In this document: in pieces, positions 18,704 through 27,964 of the stretch
Layout of the letters: the number at the start of each line of letters is the position of its first letter
How positions within the stretch are numbered: the first letter of the stretch is position 1
Origin: Candidatus Thorarchaeota archaeon
Lineage (GTDB): Archaea; Asgardarchaeota; Thorarchaeia; Thorarchaeales; Thorarchaeaceae
Assembly (NCBI GenBank): GCA_029855935.1
Contig: JAGSHN010000005.1
Span: 1-64,000, forward strand
DNA: 64,000 nucleotides
Reading direction: 5' to 3'
Position numbers and translations under genes: made by a program
Notes under the pieces: model-generated
What the model was told of the DNA's origin: nothing
The model's database searches: none
Seen by the model: only the letters and a program-made list of their open reading frames with translations

Positions 18704-18914
18704 GGCGGCCGCTCCACAAGCCTTAAAAAAGCACCAATGAGTGCGAGAGGCAAGTCCCTTAATCTGACACAGGCGCAGGACGTCGTGTCTGGGGTGAAGT
18801 AGAGTTGCCAAATGAACATGCAGTAGACCGGGCAGGATGTACGACGGTATTTTACCTGCAGGTCGACCAGAGTGGCGCCGCGTATGACGGCCCAGACCCA
18901 CTGCATGAGGAGAC

Positions 18915-19424
18915 GTGATTGTTTTGGGAGAGAAGATAACAGTCGAGGCACTAGTGGAGGGCGGAAAGGCCTCAGGAGGCCCGCCCATCGGTCCGGCACT
19001 CGGACCCACTGGAGTGAACATATTCCAAGTCGTACAGAAGATCAACGAGGTGACCAAGCCGTTTGAGGGACTGAAGGTCCCTGTGAAGATCATTGTCGAC
19101 CAAGAAACAAAGGAGTTCGAGGTTGAGGTAGGCGTTCCCCCCACAAGCGCTCTGATTCTCAAAGAGATCGGAGTGTCGAAAGGATCCTCCACACCGAACA
19201 CCGACTATGTTGGTAACCTCACGATTGATCAGCTGAAAGAGATTGCCAAGGCCAAGGCGGCCGAGCTGTCGGCGCTTGATATGAAGAGCGCAGTGATGAT
19301 AGTCGCGGGAACCTGTCTCTCGATGGGAGTGACCATCGAAGGCAAGAATGCCAAGGAGTTCCAGAGAGAGGTGCGAGAGGGTGTGTGGGACGAGCACCTC
19401 AACGAACCCCTGAGGGAGGAGTGA
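18915..19424 (+). CDS. rpl11: 50S ribosomal protein uL11
   Basis: GGKASGGPPIGPALGP, VGVPPTSAL, GTCLSMG. Confidence 0.97.
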   Translation: MIVLGEKITVEALVEGGKASGGPPIGPALGPTGVNIFQVVQKINEVTKPFEGLKVPVKIIVDQETKEFEVEVGVPPTSALILKEIGVSKGSSTPNTDYVGNLTIDQLKEIAKAKAAELSALDMKSAVMIVAGTCLSMGVTIEGKNAKEFQREVREGVWDEHLNEPLREE

Positions 19425-19430
19425 TAGTAG

Positions 19431-20093
19431 ATGTCGTTCAACATCGACGGTATCGAGGCCGCTGTGGCTGAGGCAAGGGCGAAGGGCAAGGAACGCAACA
19501 TCAACTTCGAGCAGAGTTTCGACCTGGCGGTCAACTTTCGCAAGAAGGAGGTTGATGTGTCCAAGCCCGAGAACAGGTTGAACAAGGAGGTCATACTCCC
19601 ACACGAGCTGTACCCGCCAGCCAAGATATGTGCCTTTGGCGATGGTGAGTTTGCCGACAAGGCCCGTGAGGCGGGTGTGGACCGGGTCATCTCAAAGGAG
19701 GAGATACCAAAGATAGCCGAGGAGAAGAGGACGCGAAAGGCTCTCGCAAAGAGCTACGACTTTTTCATCGCGTCGGTCGACTCCATGCCGCTCGTCGGTA
19801 GGTATCTCGGTCAGGTACTCGGTTCGCGTGGAAAGATGCCGAAACCCCTCCCACCCCAGGCAGACCTGAGGCCCATGGTCGAGCAATATCGACGAACGGT
19901 GAGGGTCAGAATGCGAAACACGCCAACCTTTCACGTGAAGGTTGGCCATGAGAGGATGAGCGATCGTGAGATAGCGGAGAACATAGCAGCAGTGCTGTCG
20001 TTCATGGAGCGAGAGGGAATCCTCGGCAAGGTGGCGAGCATCGTCGTCAAGACGACTATGGGGCCGGCAGTAGAGGTGTCCTCGTGGAGGTGA
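19431..20093 (+). CDS. rpl1: 50S ribosomal protein uL1
   Basis: NFEQSFDL, LGSRGKMP, VKTTMGP. Confidence 0.97.
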   Translation: MSFNIDGIEAAVAEARAKGKERNINFEQSFDLAVNFRKKEVDVSKPENRLNKEVILPHELYPPAKICAFGDGEFADKAREAGVDRVISKEEIPKIAEEKRTRKALAKSYDFFIASVDSMPLVGRYLGQVLGSRGKMPKPLPPQADLRPMVEQYRRTVRVRMRNTPTFHVKVGHERMSDREIAENIAAVLSFMEREGILGKVASIVVKTTMGPAVEVSSWR

Positions 20094-20099
20094 CATTAG

Positions 20100-21119
20100 A
20101 TGGCAACGCAACAGCACGAAATCCCGAAGTGGAAGATTGAAGAGGTCAACACTCTTGCAAACATGATCAAGAAGAGCAAGATGGTCGGCCTCGTCAATGT
20201 CGAGGGAGTTGGGGCCAAGCAGCTGGGGAACATCAGAAATAGTCTCCGTGGTAAGGCCACGATCAGAATGGCTAGGAACACACTGATGCGAAGAGCAATC
20301 GAGAAGTCGGGCGTGAAGGGCATAAAGGAACTGTTGGAACACGTCCGCGGTCCCGTTGCCTTTGTCTTCAGCGAGATGGACCCCTTCGTCCTGAGCAAGT
20401 TCCTCAGTGAGAACAAGACCTCAGCGCCTGCTAAGGGTGGACAAATCGCGCCCAAGGACATAGTGATTCCGGCGATGAACACTGGAGTCGCGCCAGGTCC
20501 ATTTATCAGCGAGCTGGCTGCTCTCGGCATCCCCGCTAGGGTGAAGGGAGGCGTCATCCACATCACGGAGGACACCGTGGCCGTCAAAGCAGGAGAGGTC
20601 ATCTCGAACGCAATGGCCCAGATGCTCGGTCGGCTTGGGATAGAGCCGATGGAACTCCAGCTCAAGCTGGTAGCAGCATACACTGATGGCATGGTCCTGA
20701 CTGCGGAGGACCTTGACGTAGACCTTGAAGAACTGTTCCAGATGGTCATTCAGGGTCACCAATACGCGGTCAATCTGTCAGTCAATACCGGATATCCGAC
20801 CAGTGAAACCATTCCACTGATAATCGCGAGGGCCGATATGGATGCGAGAGTCTTGGCACTCAATATCGGGTTCTTCGAGCCCGAGATGGTCAGAGAGTTC
20901 CTTGTCAAGGCAAACTCCGAGGCCTTCGCATTGGCAGCACTACTCGCAGAGAGGAATCCGGACGCAATACCCTCGGACATCCTCAGCCAAGTCCAGAGTG
21001 CGGCGGCAGCAGCAACCGCGCCAGCCGCCTCCCAAGACACGAGCTCGGAGGAGCCTGAGGAAGAAGAGGAAGAGAAGGAAGAAGAGTCCGTGGCAGGCCT
21101 TGGTAGCCTGTTCGGATAA
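20100..21119 (+). CDS. rpl10: 50S ribosomal protein uL10/P0
   Basis: IPKWK, RNTLM, acidic tail ending GLGSLFG. Confidence 0.97.
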   Translation: MATQQHEIPKWKIEEVNTLANMIKKSKMVGLVNVEGVGAKQLGNIRNSLRGKATIRMARNTLMRRAIEKSGVKGIKELLEHVRGPVAFVFSEMDPFVLSKFLSENKTSAPAKGGQIAPKDIVIPAMNTGVAPGPFISELAALGIPARVKGGVIHITEDTVAVKAGEVISNAMAQMLGRLGIEPMELQLKLVAAYTDGMVLTAEDLDVDLEELFQMVIQGHQYAVNLSVNTGYPTSETIPLIIARADMDARVLALNIGFFEPEMVREFLVKANSEAFALAALLAERNPDAIPSDILSQVQSAAAAATAPAASQDTSSEEPEEEEEEKEEESVAGLGSLFG

Positions 21120-21154
21120 GAGAACTAAGAGAACTGAATGAGAGGTAGAGAAAA

Positions 21155-21466
21155 ATGGAGTACGTGTATTCGGCCCTTCTGCTCCACAAGGCAGGCCAGG
21201 AGATCAATGAGAAGAACATGGAGGCCGTACTGACTGCAGCGGGTGTCAAGGCCGACAAGGGCAGGATAAAGGCCCTCTTGGCCGCCCTTGAGGGAGTTGA
21301 CATCGATGAGGCTCTGAAGAGCGCGGCCGCTATGCCAGTGGCTGCAGCTCCCGCTGCGCCGGGACAGGCAGCAGAGGCGGCTCCTGCAGCCGAAGAGGAG
21401 AAGAAGGAAGAGGAAGAAGAGAAGGAAGAGGAGTTCACCGCTGGACTTGGGAGCCTCTTTGGGTAG
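21155..21466 (+). CDS. rpl12: 50S ribosomal stalk protein P1/L12
   Basis: [11 protein letters not shown], Ala-rich hinge, GLGSLFG. Confidence 0.97.
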   Translation: MEYVYSALLLHKAGQEINEKNMEAVLTAAGVKADKGRIKALLAALEGVDIDEALKSAAAMPVAAAPAAPGQAAEAAPAAEEEKKEEEEEKEEEFTAGLGSLFG

Positions 21467-21632
21467 ACCACCAGCTGGTGTCTCCGCCCGAATGATGGCG
21501 AGGACAAGGGGCTTGCTCCTTGCCTCCCACATTCCATCCTCATTTTTCTGACAGTGGGTGCTAATCGGTCAAGCCGAGCCATTGCCTCGCGGAAAGGTTT
21601 ATGACCCGACAGCCCCCGGAGCTACTTGAAGA

Positions 21633-21768
21633 GGGCCCGTTGCCTAGTCTGGACCCGTACGGAATACCGTATGAGGGAAAGATAGGGCGCTAGCCTTCTA
21701 TGGAGCCGTCCGATGATGGCCTCGTAGACAGTTAGAGATCGCCGGTTCAAATCCGGCCGGGCCCGCCA
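21633..21768 (+). tRNA. tRNA-Arg(TCT) with two introns (D-loop about 21654-21682; anticodon loop 37/38 at 21701-21729)
   Basis: GGGCCCG/CGGGCCC+GCCA, D-stem GCCT/GGGC, CTAGC-CT-TCT-A^A-GTTAG, GCCGG-TTCAAAT-CCGGC; both inserts fold into hairpins. Confidence 0.9.
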
Positions 21769-21782
21769 CCTCTCGCGCATCC

Positions 21783-23504
21783 CTACTCGTTGTTGAACTC
21801 AATAGACTCAGCTAGCCAGTCAGGGAGGGTCATATCCAGCTGGCGCTCAATCGAGGCGAGGTTCCGCCACGGACCACCACGTTTGAGGCGAGCTGCTCGT
21901 CGTGCGCCAATTCCCGGGACACTGCGCCACTGGGACAGGGACGCCCGTGATACACGGAATGGAAACGGCAGCACCGTCACAGACCTCGGACCATGGTCAA
22001 CAACAAATACGTCAGAAACCTCAGGAACAGTATCGCCGAGAGGCATATGGCAGAGCAGAGGATACGAACCCAGAGGGCGCAGTAGTGCATAGTTCCCCTC
22101 GACCCGGTCAAGATACGCTGAACGAATGATTGTGCCAAGAGGTGCAACCTTGCGGAGCATATGCACATCCACAGTGTTCCTGACCTCGCGTTTATGGCTG
22201 AAGAACTCATTCCGCCGAATCTTGGTCCCTCGAGTCCGACCGAGGCGAGTGCCCTCGAAACCTATGACCTGCCTGATGTTGATTCTCCGCACCAGCAGGT
22301 CCTCCTCAATCAGTCTGCGCATGAATGCCATATTGTGTTCGAGAGTCCTTCGGCTCTCTCCAGGAAGACCATAGAGAAAGTTGAGGCCAGGGAGGAGGTG
22401 GGGGAGCTCGCGTGGGGGAGCCACGCGCCCCTCCTCGTTGAGTATGCGCACTGCCTCAAACGCCTCCTCGGCGTCGACCTTCAGATTGTTGCGGCGAATC
22501 ACTTCGGGATCCGTCGACTCAATGCCGAATGCGGCAACATCGCCTGTTGTGTGGTATCGCATGATTATGCGTGCCACTCGACGGCTCTCCTCGGGATGAT
22601 GAACTATCGTACCGGGATTGACATTGTCGATGTGCAGTGTCTGCAGCTCAGGGCAGACCACACGAATCTTGGAGAACAGGTCGAGGATTGCGTCGGGGTT
22701 GGGACGTGGAAACTCCTCCTCGCCAATCTCCGATGAACCATAAGTGAACATATCGGCTTGGCGCCCAATTCTAAATGCGCGGACGCCCACATTGTAGAGG
22801 GTCTCTATCTCTCTCACGATGTCATTGACCGTTCTGCTCTGGGGCATACCATAGGTAGGTTCCACGCAGAACGAACAGCCACCTGACACAAATCTCGGAC
22901 ATCCGCGATAGGTCTCAATTTCACAGATGACGTAGCCACGTGGAAAGTTTTGATGCTGGGCGACAATTCGCGCCCCTCGAACAATATACTCCTCTATCTC
23001 ACTCATCGACCTTCGCTGAGAGTCCAGAGGAACAGAGTCGATATCACCAGTTTCGAACACTTCGGCAAGCACTATCTCGGGGTCCCCACTCACAATATAG
23101 TCGAAGGGAGGCGAGAGAGTCTCTGAGGCCACAGACATCCGGCCGCCCTCGATTCCACATCCGAAGCGGCCCCATGGGCCGACCAGCATCTTGGGGACAT
23201 CTCTGACGAGCGGATGAGAGAAGAGTTCTCTCGCCTCGCGGACCGAGATGGGAGTGCCGCCGACGTATTTGCCGGGGACTATCATTCCAGCAATGAGTAT
23301 TATCAGGTCTGCTGTTGACCATACTCGCCAGGCAGACTCGAAGCTCTCTCGGACCTCATCAATGGTCTGGTAGACTATCTCCGTGTGAGGCGAGTGAAAC
23401 CAGATGGCACCAGCAATGTACCTTGGGTAGGTGCTGATGTATGGAGGCACCCCGAGGCACGTTGGCTCGTCGACATATCCGTCAAGCATCACGACTCGTT
23501 TCAG
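21783..23504 (-). CDS. Radical SAM protein with C-terminal helix-hairpin-helix (probable CTG start)
   Basis: LDGYVDEP.CLGVPPY, ETYRGC..GGCSFC, VPGIGARRA; first canonical start at 23492. Confidence 0.88.
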   Translation of the reverse strand: MKRVVMLDGYVDEPTCLGVPPYISTYPRYIAGAIWFHSPHTEIVYQTIDEVRESFESAWRVWSTADLIILIAGMIVPGKYVGGTPISVREARELFSHPLVRDVPKMLVGPWGRFGCGIEGGRMSVASETLSPPFDYIVSGDPEIVLAEVFETGDIDSVPLDSQRRSMSEIEEYIVRGARIVAQHQNFPRGYVICEIETYRGCPRFVSGGCSFCVEPTYGMPQSRTVNDIVREIETLYNVGVRAFRIGRQADMFTYGSSEIGEEEFPRPNPDAILDLFSKIRVVCPELQTLHIDNVNPGTIVHHPEESRRVARIIMRYHTTGDVAAFGIESTDPEVIRRNNLKVDAEEAFEAVRILNEEGRVAPPRELPHLLPGLNFLYGLPGESRRTLEHNMAFMRRLIEEDLLVRRINIRQVIGFEGTRLGRTRGTKIRRNEFFSHKREVRNTVDVHMLRKVAPLGTIIRSAYLDRVEGNYALLRPLGSYPLLCHMPLGDTVPEVSDVFVVDHGPRSVTVLPFPFRVSRASLSQWRSVPGIGARRAARLKRGGPWRNLASIERQLDMTLPDWLAESIEFNNE

Positions 23505-24506
23505 TCACGACCACTCCCTGAAACTGTCGTATCCTCTGGGGGGGATCGGTACGGGATTCGAGCCGGCCTCGCCTAGGAGGACCACACCACGGCCCTGTGT
23601 GACACGTCCAATCCGGGTCATCCCAAATGTACTCTGACGAGATATCTCCACAGCATCATCCCACTTCTCCGGGGGGACTGTGAACACCAGAGCGAACTCC
23701 TCACCGCCTCCGAAGACCAGATCCATTGCGTCCAGCCCATTCGCACTGGCAAAGTCCGCCACTCCAGGGGCCATTGGGATTCGCTCAATCTCAAGACGTA
23801 CATTGCTGTGCTCACTAATCGCATTGAGAGTGACTGCAAGACCGTCACTGGAGTCCATCGATGACGTCACTGCGCTGGCGGACCGCAGTCGGCGTATCAG
23901 GTCGTAGTCAATGACTGGCTTGTAGGCCGCAATCAGAGCACGCTGAGCCAAGGAGGGGGGAGGCTCGAGTCCCTCCAAGAGCATCTTGAACGCGACTGAT
24001 GTCAGACCGAATCTCCCGCTAACAGCCACGATGTCACCCGGCTTGGCCCCGGATCGAGGGACAATCTCAGCAGGATGGGCAGTACCAATGGCAACCCCAG
24101 TGACCACAAGGTCGTCGGCCAGCCCGGTGTCGCCGCCGATGAGCTGCACCCCGTTCTTGAGGCAGTATTGGGACGCGCCACGGACTATCTCGAGCGACTC
24201 CTCCTGATTGGTATCAGGGGGGACTGAGAGAGATAGCATCATCATCGTTGGTTGCACACCTTTGGCAACGAGGTCGCTGAGAGTCATCACTGCCACTTTG
24301 CGTCCAATCTGGGCTGCCGACATACCAGGCAGTCTGTCGGTCGAGCCCACGAGGGTGTCTACATTGATGACCACGTGTCGCTCTGAGTCGAGAGGAATAT
24401 CAGATGCATCATCATCCCACTGCAGAACAGCGTCCTGCGGGACTCTCACAAACGCCGATATCTTTCTGAGGAAGTCGCGTTCACCGATATCGCTGATTCT
24501 CATCAA
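23505..24506 (-). CDS. thiL: Thiamine-monophosphate kinase
   Basis: IGERDF, DDAS, LSDLVAKG, GGDT, MDSSDGL, GGEEF. Confidence 0.93.
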   Translation of the reverse strand: MMRISDIGERDFLRKISAFVRVPQDAVLQWDDDASDIPLDSERHVVINVDTLVGSTDRLPGMSAAQIGRKVAVMTLSDLVAKGVQPTMMMLSLSVPPDTNQEESLEIVRGASQYCLKNGVQLIGGDTGLADDLVVTGVAIGTAHPAEIVPRSGAKPGDIVAVSGRFGLTSVAFKMLLEGLEPPPSLAQRALIAAYKPVIDYDLIRRLRSASAVTSSMDSSDGLAVTLNAISEHSNVRLEIERIPMAPGVADFASANGLDAMDLVFGGGEEFALVFTVPPEKWDDAVEISRQSTFGMTRIGRVTQGRGVVLLGEAGSNPVPIPPRGYDSFREWS

Positions 24507-24639
24507 GACCAGCGAGGCATCTCGCTACACGTTTCATAAAGCTTTGGAGAGATGTTCGACTTGCCCGTGAAGATGGCCCTCGTGATACCCTCAGATGATA
24601 ATAGTTTTATAGATAAGAAAGAGGGCTTGATATTAGCGA

Positions 24640-24743
24640 GCCTCGGTGGCCTAGTGGTTACGGCGCCTGCCTCGTAAGCAGGCGATCGCGGGTTCGAAAT
24701 GATCTGTTGGACGCAGAGCACGAGACTCCCGCCCGGGGCTCCA
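24640..24743 (+). tRNA. tRNA-Thr(CGT) with 28-nt T-loop intron (24699-24726, position 59/60)
   Basis: GCCTCGG/CCGGGGC+TCCA, CCTGC-CT-CGT-AA-GCAGG; BHB with central helix TTCG/CGAG and bulges AAA and ACT. Confidence 0.93.
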
Positions 24744-24903
24744 TCTACTGTATCTCTGTTTGTGTGGTACGCGGCCATCCTGAGTTACTGTCAGCTTGTG
24801 GACTGTAGTCCGCAGGATGACCAGTCACAGTCCAACTTTGTGCAGACATCAATATAGTTAAGTGGACTGATTAGTAGATAATAAGAATACGAGGTGAAAG
24901 GAA

Positions 24904-24990
24904 ATGAAGAAGAAGGACAAGAAGACAAAGAGAGTGTCCCGACAGAGACCACTCCCGCCATTCGAGTGGTTTGCCGCTGCCACTCGATGA
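24904..24990 (+). CDS. Putative 28-aa basic micro-protein MKKKDKKTKRVSRQRPLPPFEWFAAATR
   Basis: SD GAGGTG 7 nt upstream of ATG; AT-rich promoter-like sequence upstream. Confidence 0.45.
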   Translation: MKKKDKKTKRVSRQRPLPPFEWFAAATR

Positions 24991-25178
24991 GTATTGTTGA
25001 TACAATAGCGGCGTATGGTCTGAATAGAATCCCGTGATGAGATTCGACTTTCATCACAACCATCGCTTCACATCCTCATGTGACGGCGAGGGCCACGTTC
25101 GTTGCTCGAGAGCTCCGACATGTTTAAGTGGCCCAGCTGGCCGTCACATGACGTAGACCCTGTCTTTGGTCAACGTAT

Positions 25179-25266
25179 GCGGAGGTTGCCAAGCCAGGTC
25201 AAAGGCGCTAGGTTGAGGGCCTAGTCCCGTAGGGGTTCGCGAGTTCAAATCTCGCCCTCCGCACCA
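25179..25266 (+). tRNA. tRNA-Leu(GAG)
   Basis: GCGGAGG/CCTCCGC, CTAGG-TT-GAG-GG-CCTAG, long variable arm, CCA. Confidence 0.97.
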
Positions 25267-25375
25267 CCGTTTCTCCTCTCCCCTGTAAGGCCAGTTGGAC
25301 TTATGACCTGCCATCTGTTCAGCAGGGCAACCTATAACTACAAGAGTTGAACGAGGTCCTCTCACAGAAGAATAG

Positions 25376-26380
25376 GTGAGAGGCTTGACACCCCGGATCG
25401 GAATCGTCGGAACAGGCAACATGGGCAGGATTCACGCACGCGTCCTGAGCGGCCAGAGGGCGTTGGTGGCTGTTGCGGACACAGACGTTCGTCGGGCGCA
25501 GGAGGTCGCAGACAGATATGATGTCAAGGCCTTCAACAGCGTCGAGAAAATGCTCGACGAGACAGCACTTGATGGCGTCGTGATAGCAACACCGACCAAG
25601 ACCCATGCACAGATTGCCACCGCAATTGCTGAGAACTATGACGTGAAGGGGCTACTCATTGAAAAGCCCCTGGCCAGTACCATAGAGGACGCGAAGAAAC
25701 TGGCTGATGTACTGCACAGACGGAGTATTGGTGTTGTAGTATCGCACACAGAGATATACAATCCTGTGGTAGAACGTGCTATCACACTGATCCGACAGGG
25801 GGCCGTTGGAAAGGTCAGGACTGTAATCCATGATCGCAGGGGATTCGTGCAGCCAGCGAGACTGTCATCACTGGGGGACATATTCGAGGACATCGGCGTT
25901 CACGACTTTGACATAATGTCACGAATAAGCAATGGCTCCGCGAAGCTATACGCGCAGTGCCTGTCTGCAGAGGGCGTGCTTAATTCGGGAGTTGTGATTA
26001 TCAGGTTTGACTCCGGGCCGATGCATGTCTTTCACCTGTCCAGACAATACGTCGGTCGGAGACGCTCCATGGACGTTTCGGGGACCAAGGGCACTCTTGT
26101 CATCGACCTGTTTGGGCAGATCATCAAAGTCCAAGATCTCGACAAGGCACCATCAGCGGATGGACGAACAATCAGTCTTCCCGAACGCGGGGCGACAATC
26201 AAGGCATATGGAGAGCCTGTGGGGGAGGTAATTGGAGACTTCTTGAGGATGATAGAGACTGGTAGCGCTCCTCGCGTGGGTCTTGATGATGGTCTGGCAG
26301 CGCTGAAAATAGTTGAGGCAGCAAGGCTGAGTGCACGCACACAGAGCATAGTCGATGTTCAAGTGGACAGCCGCGGATGA
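25376..26380 (+). CDS. Gfo/Idh/MocA-family oxidoreductase
   Basis: IGIVGTGNMG, IATPTKTH, IEKPL, DIGVHDFD. Confidence 0.92.
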   Translation: MRGLTPRIGIVGTGNMGRIHARVLSGQRALVAVADTDVRRAQEVADRYDVKAFNSVEKMLDETALDGVVIATPTKTHAQIATAIAENYDVKGLLIEKPLASTIEDAKKLADVLHRRSIGVVVSHTEIYNPVVERAITLIRQGAVGKVRTVIHDRRGFVQPARLSSLGDIFEDIGVHDFDIMSRISNGSAKLYAQCLSAEGVLNSGVVIIRFDSGPMHVFHLSRQYVGRRRSMDVSGTKGTLVIDLFGQIIKVQDLDKAPSADGRTISLPERGATIKAYGEPVGEVIGDFLRMIETGSAPRVGLDDGLAALKIVEAARLSARTQSIVDVQVDSRG

Positions 26381-27654
26381 CCCACGAGATGTGTTCGGCC
26401 AGCCTCGACAATCTTGACCTCGACAAGACTGCCCACAGGCACGTTTCCGTGAACTATCACTGGAACATATGATTGATTCCGGGCCATCATTCCGCCACGC
26501 GGAGCCTCTCCAGTGACCAGCACATCACCACGCCATCCTAGCCAGCGGGCGTGTTCCTCAGTTACGATTCTCTCAACAATACGTGATAGTGTGCGACTAC
26601 GCTCTTTCTTGGTCTTGGTGTGCACTTTATTGTCAGAGCGAGCCGCTGGGGTACCGGGTCGATCGCCGTATTTGGAGATATTTACTATCTGAGGACGCAT
26701 CCGTGTTATGGCATCAAGAGTGTCCTCAAAGTCGCGAGCGCTCTCACCAGGAAAACCGACTATGATGTCTGTTGCAATAGTGGCCATTGGGAATCGCGCT
26801 CGGATTGTCCTCACAATGTCAGCCCATTCTTCGAACATGTACCGTCGTCCCATCAGGCGCAAAACCCTATTACTCCCAGACTGAAGGGGTATGTGAAAGA
26901 ACTTGAAGAAGCGAGGAGACGCCATCACATCGAGCAACTCGTCGAGTTGATCTCCCACAAGGTCTGGATTGAACATGCCGAGTCTGAACCGATGATCGCC
27001 AGGAATGGAGTCAAGTGTTCTGAGTAGCGTCACAAGTGACTCACCAGTGTCTCGACCGAATGCGCCCGCATCTTGAGCAGTCAGCCTGATCTCTCGATAT
27101 CCCATGTGAACGACACGCCGGACGACCTGGAGTATCTCATCGATTGTGTAGCTTCGCAACGAGCTTCTGGCGAGACGGACAGCACAGTATGTACAGGCTC
27201 CAAGACACCCCTCACAGATTGGAATCGTGCAGATGACGGTGTTGGGCGGTCCTTCGTAGAAACGAAGCTTTGAGGTTGTGTCAGACTCCAAATGTATGAT
27301 CCCGCGCTCGCCCTCCACCACCCGCCTGAAGATATCCCCCAGAGTGTCGATTGACTGAGGACCAACTATTGCTGCAAAGTCTGGAACCGAGTATTTCACC
27401 CGCTCTAGCGATATCTTGGGAAGACACCCTGTCACAATCAGTGCCGCTGGGAGATGGGAGAGTTGACTGAGACGATACACTATCTTGTCCTCTGTCGGCT
27501 CTTTGACACCGCAGGTGTTTACTATGACTACGTCGGCCTCTTCAGGCCGCTCGACACGTCGGGCACCAAGCTGATGAAGATGACCGACAATCATGTCAGA
27601 GTCGGCTGCGTTGAGAGAACACCCGTATGTTTCCAGGTAGAAGGAAGGGGTCAC
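26359..27654 (-). CDS. mtaB: tRNA methylthiotransferase (archaeal MtaB/CDKAL1-like)
   Basis: ETYGCSLN, VNTCGVK, GCLGACTYC, DIIVGFPGE, C-terminal TRAM-like domain. Confidence 0.9.
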   Translation of the reverse strand: MTPSFYLETYGCSLNAADSDMIVGHLHQLGARRVERPEEADVVIVNTCGVKEPTEDKIVYRLSQLSHLPAALIVTGCLPKISLERVKYSVPDFAAIVGPQSIDTLGDIFRRVVEGERGIIHLESDTTSKLRFYEGPPNTVICTIPICEGCLGACTYCAVRLARSSLRSYTIDEILQVVRRVVHMGYREIRLTAQDAGAFGRDTGESLVTLLRTLDSIPGDHRFRLGMFNPDLVGDQLDELLDVMASPRFFKFFHIPLQSGSNRVLRLMGRRYMFEEWADIVRTIRARFPMATIATDIIVGFPGESARDFEDTLDAITRMRPQIVNISKYGDRPGTPAARSDNKVHTKTKKERSRTLSRIVERIVTEEHARWLGWRGDVLVTGEAPRGGMMARNQSYVPVIVHGNVPVGSLVEVKIVEAGRTHLVGHPRLST

Positions 27655-27657
27655 CAG

Positions 27658-27945
27658 CTATCCCCCACCTCCCTGTACGTGCGGCAGGATCGCGACCTCA
27701 TCTCCGTCACGTACCACAGTTTCCATGCCTTGAAGCGTGTTGACATCGCGCTTATTGACCATGACAATCAGATTACCGCTGAGCTGATTGCCACTCAGTA
27801 TCAACTCGGCCAGCCGGTGGCCATAGATATCAATCAATTTTCTGACTACGTCACCCACTGTGACATTGCCGTCGAACTCCAAAGGGATCTCACTCGAGCC
27901 GCATACGGCCCGCAGTGGACCAAAGGGCTTGAACACGATACGCAA
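27658..27945 (-). CDS. MoaD/ThiS/SAMP ubiquitin-like protein ending in GGGG
   Basis: Beta-grasp pattern FGPLR..TVGDV..IVMVN..DGDEVAILP..GG; TTG start inferred. Confidence 0.88.
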   Translation of the reverse strand: MRIVFKPFGPLRAVCGSSEIPLEFDGNVTVGDVVRKLIDIYGHRLAELILSGNQLSGNLIVMVNKRDVNTLQGMETVVRDGDEVAILPHVQGGGG

Positions 27946-27964
27946 GTCGTTCGGCCTCCTGCGT

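Noticed and set aside
24988-25075. Selenocysteine read-through with a SECIS after the micro-ORF TGA
   Set aside because: Read-through adds only VLLIQ before TAG, there is no redox motif, and the hairpins lack a convincing SECIS core
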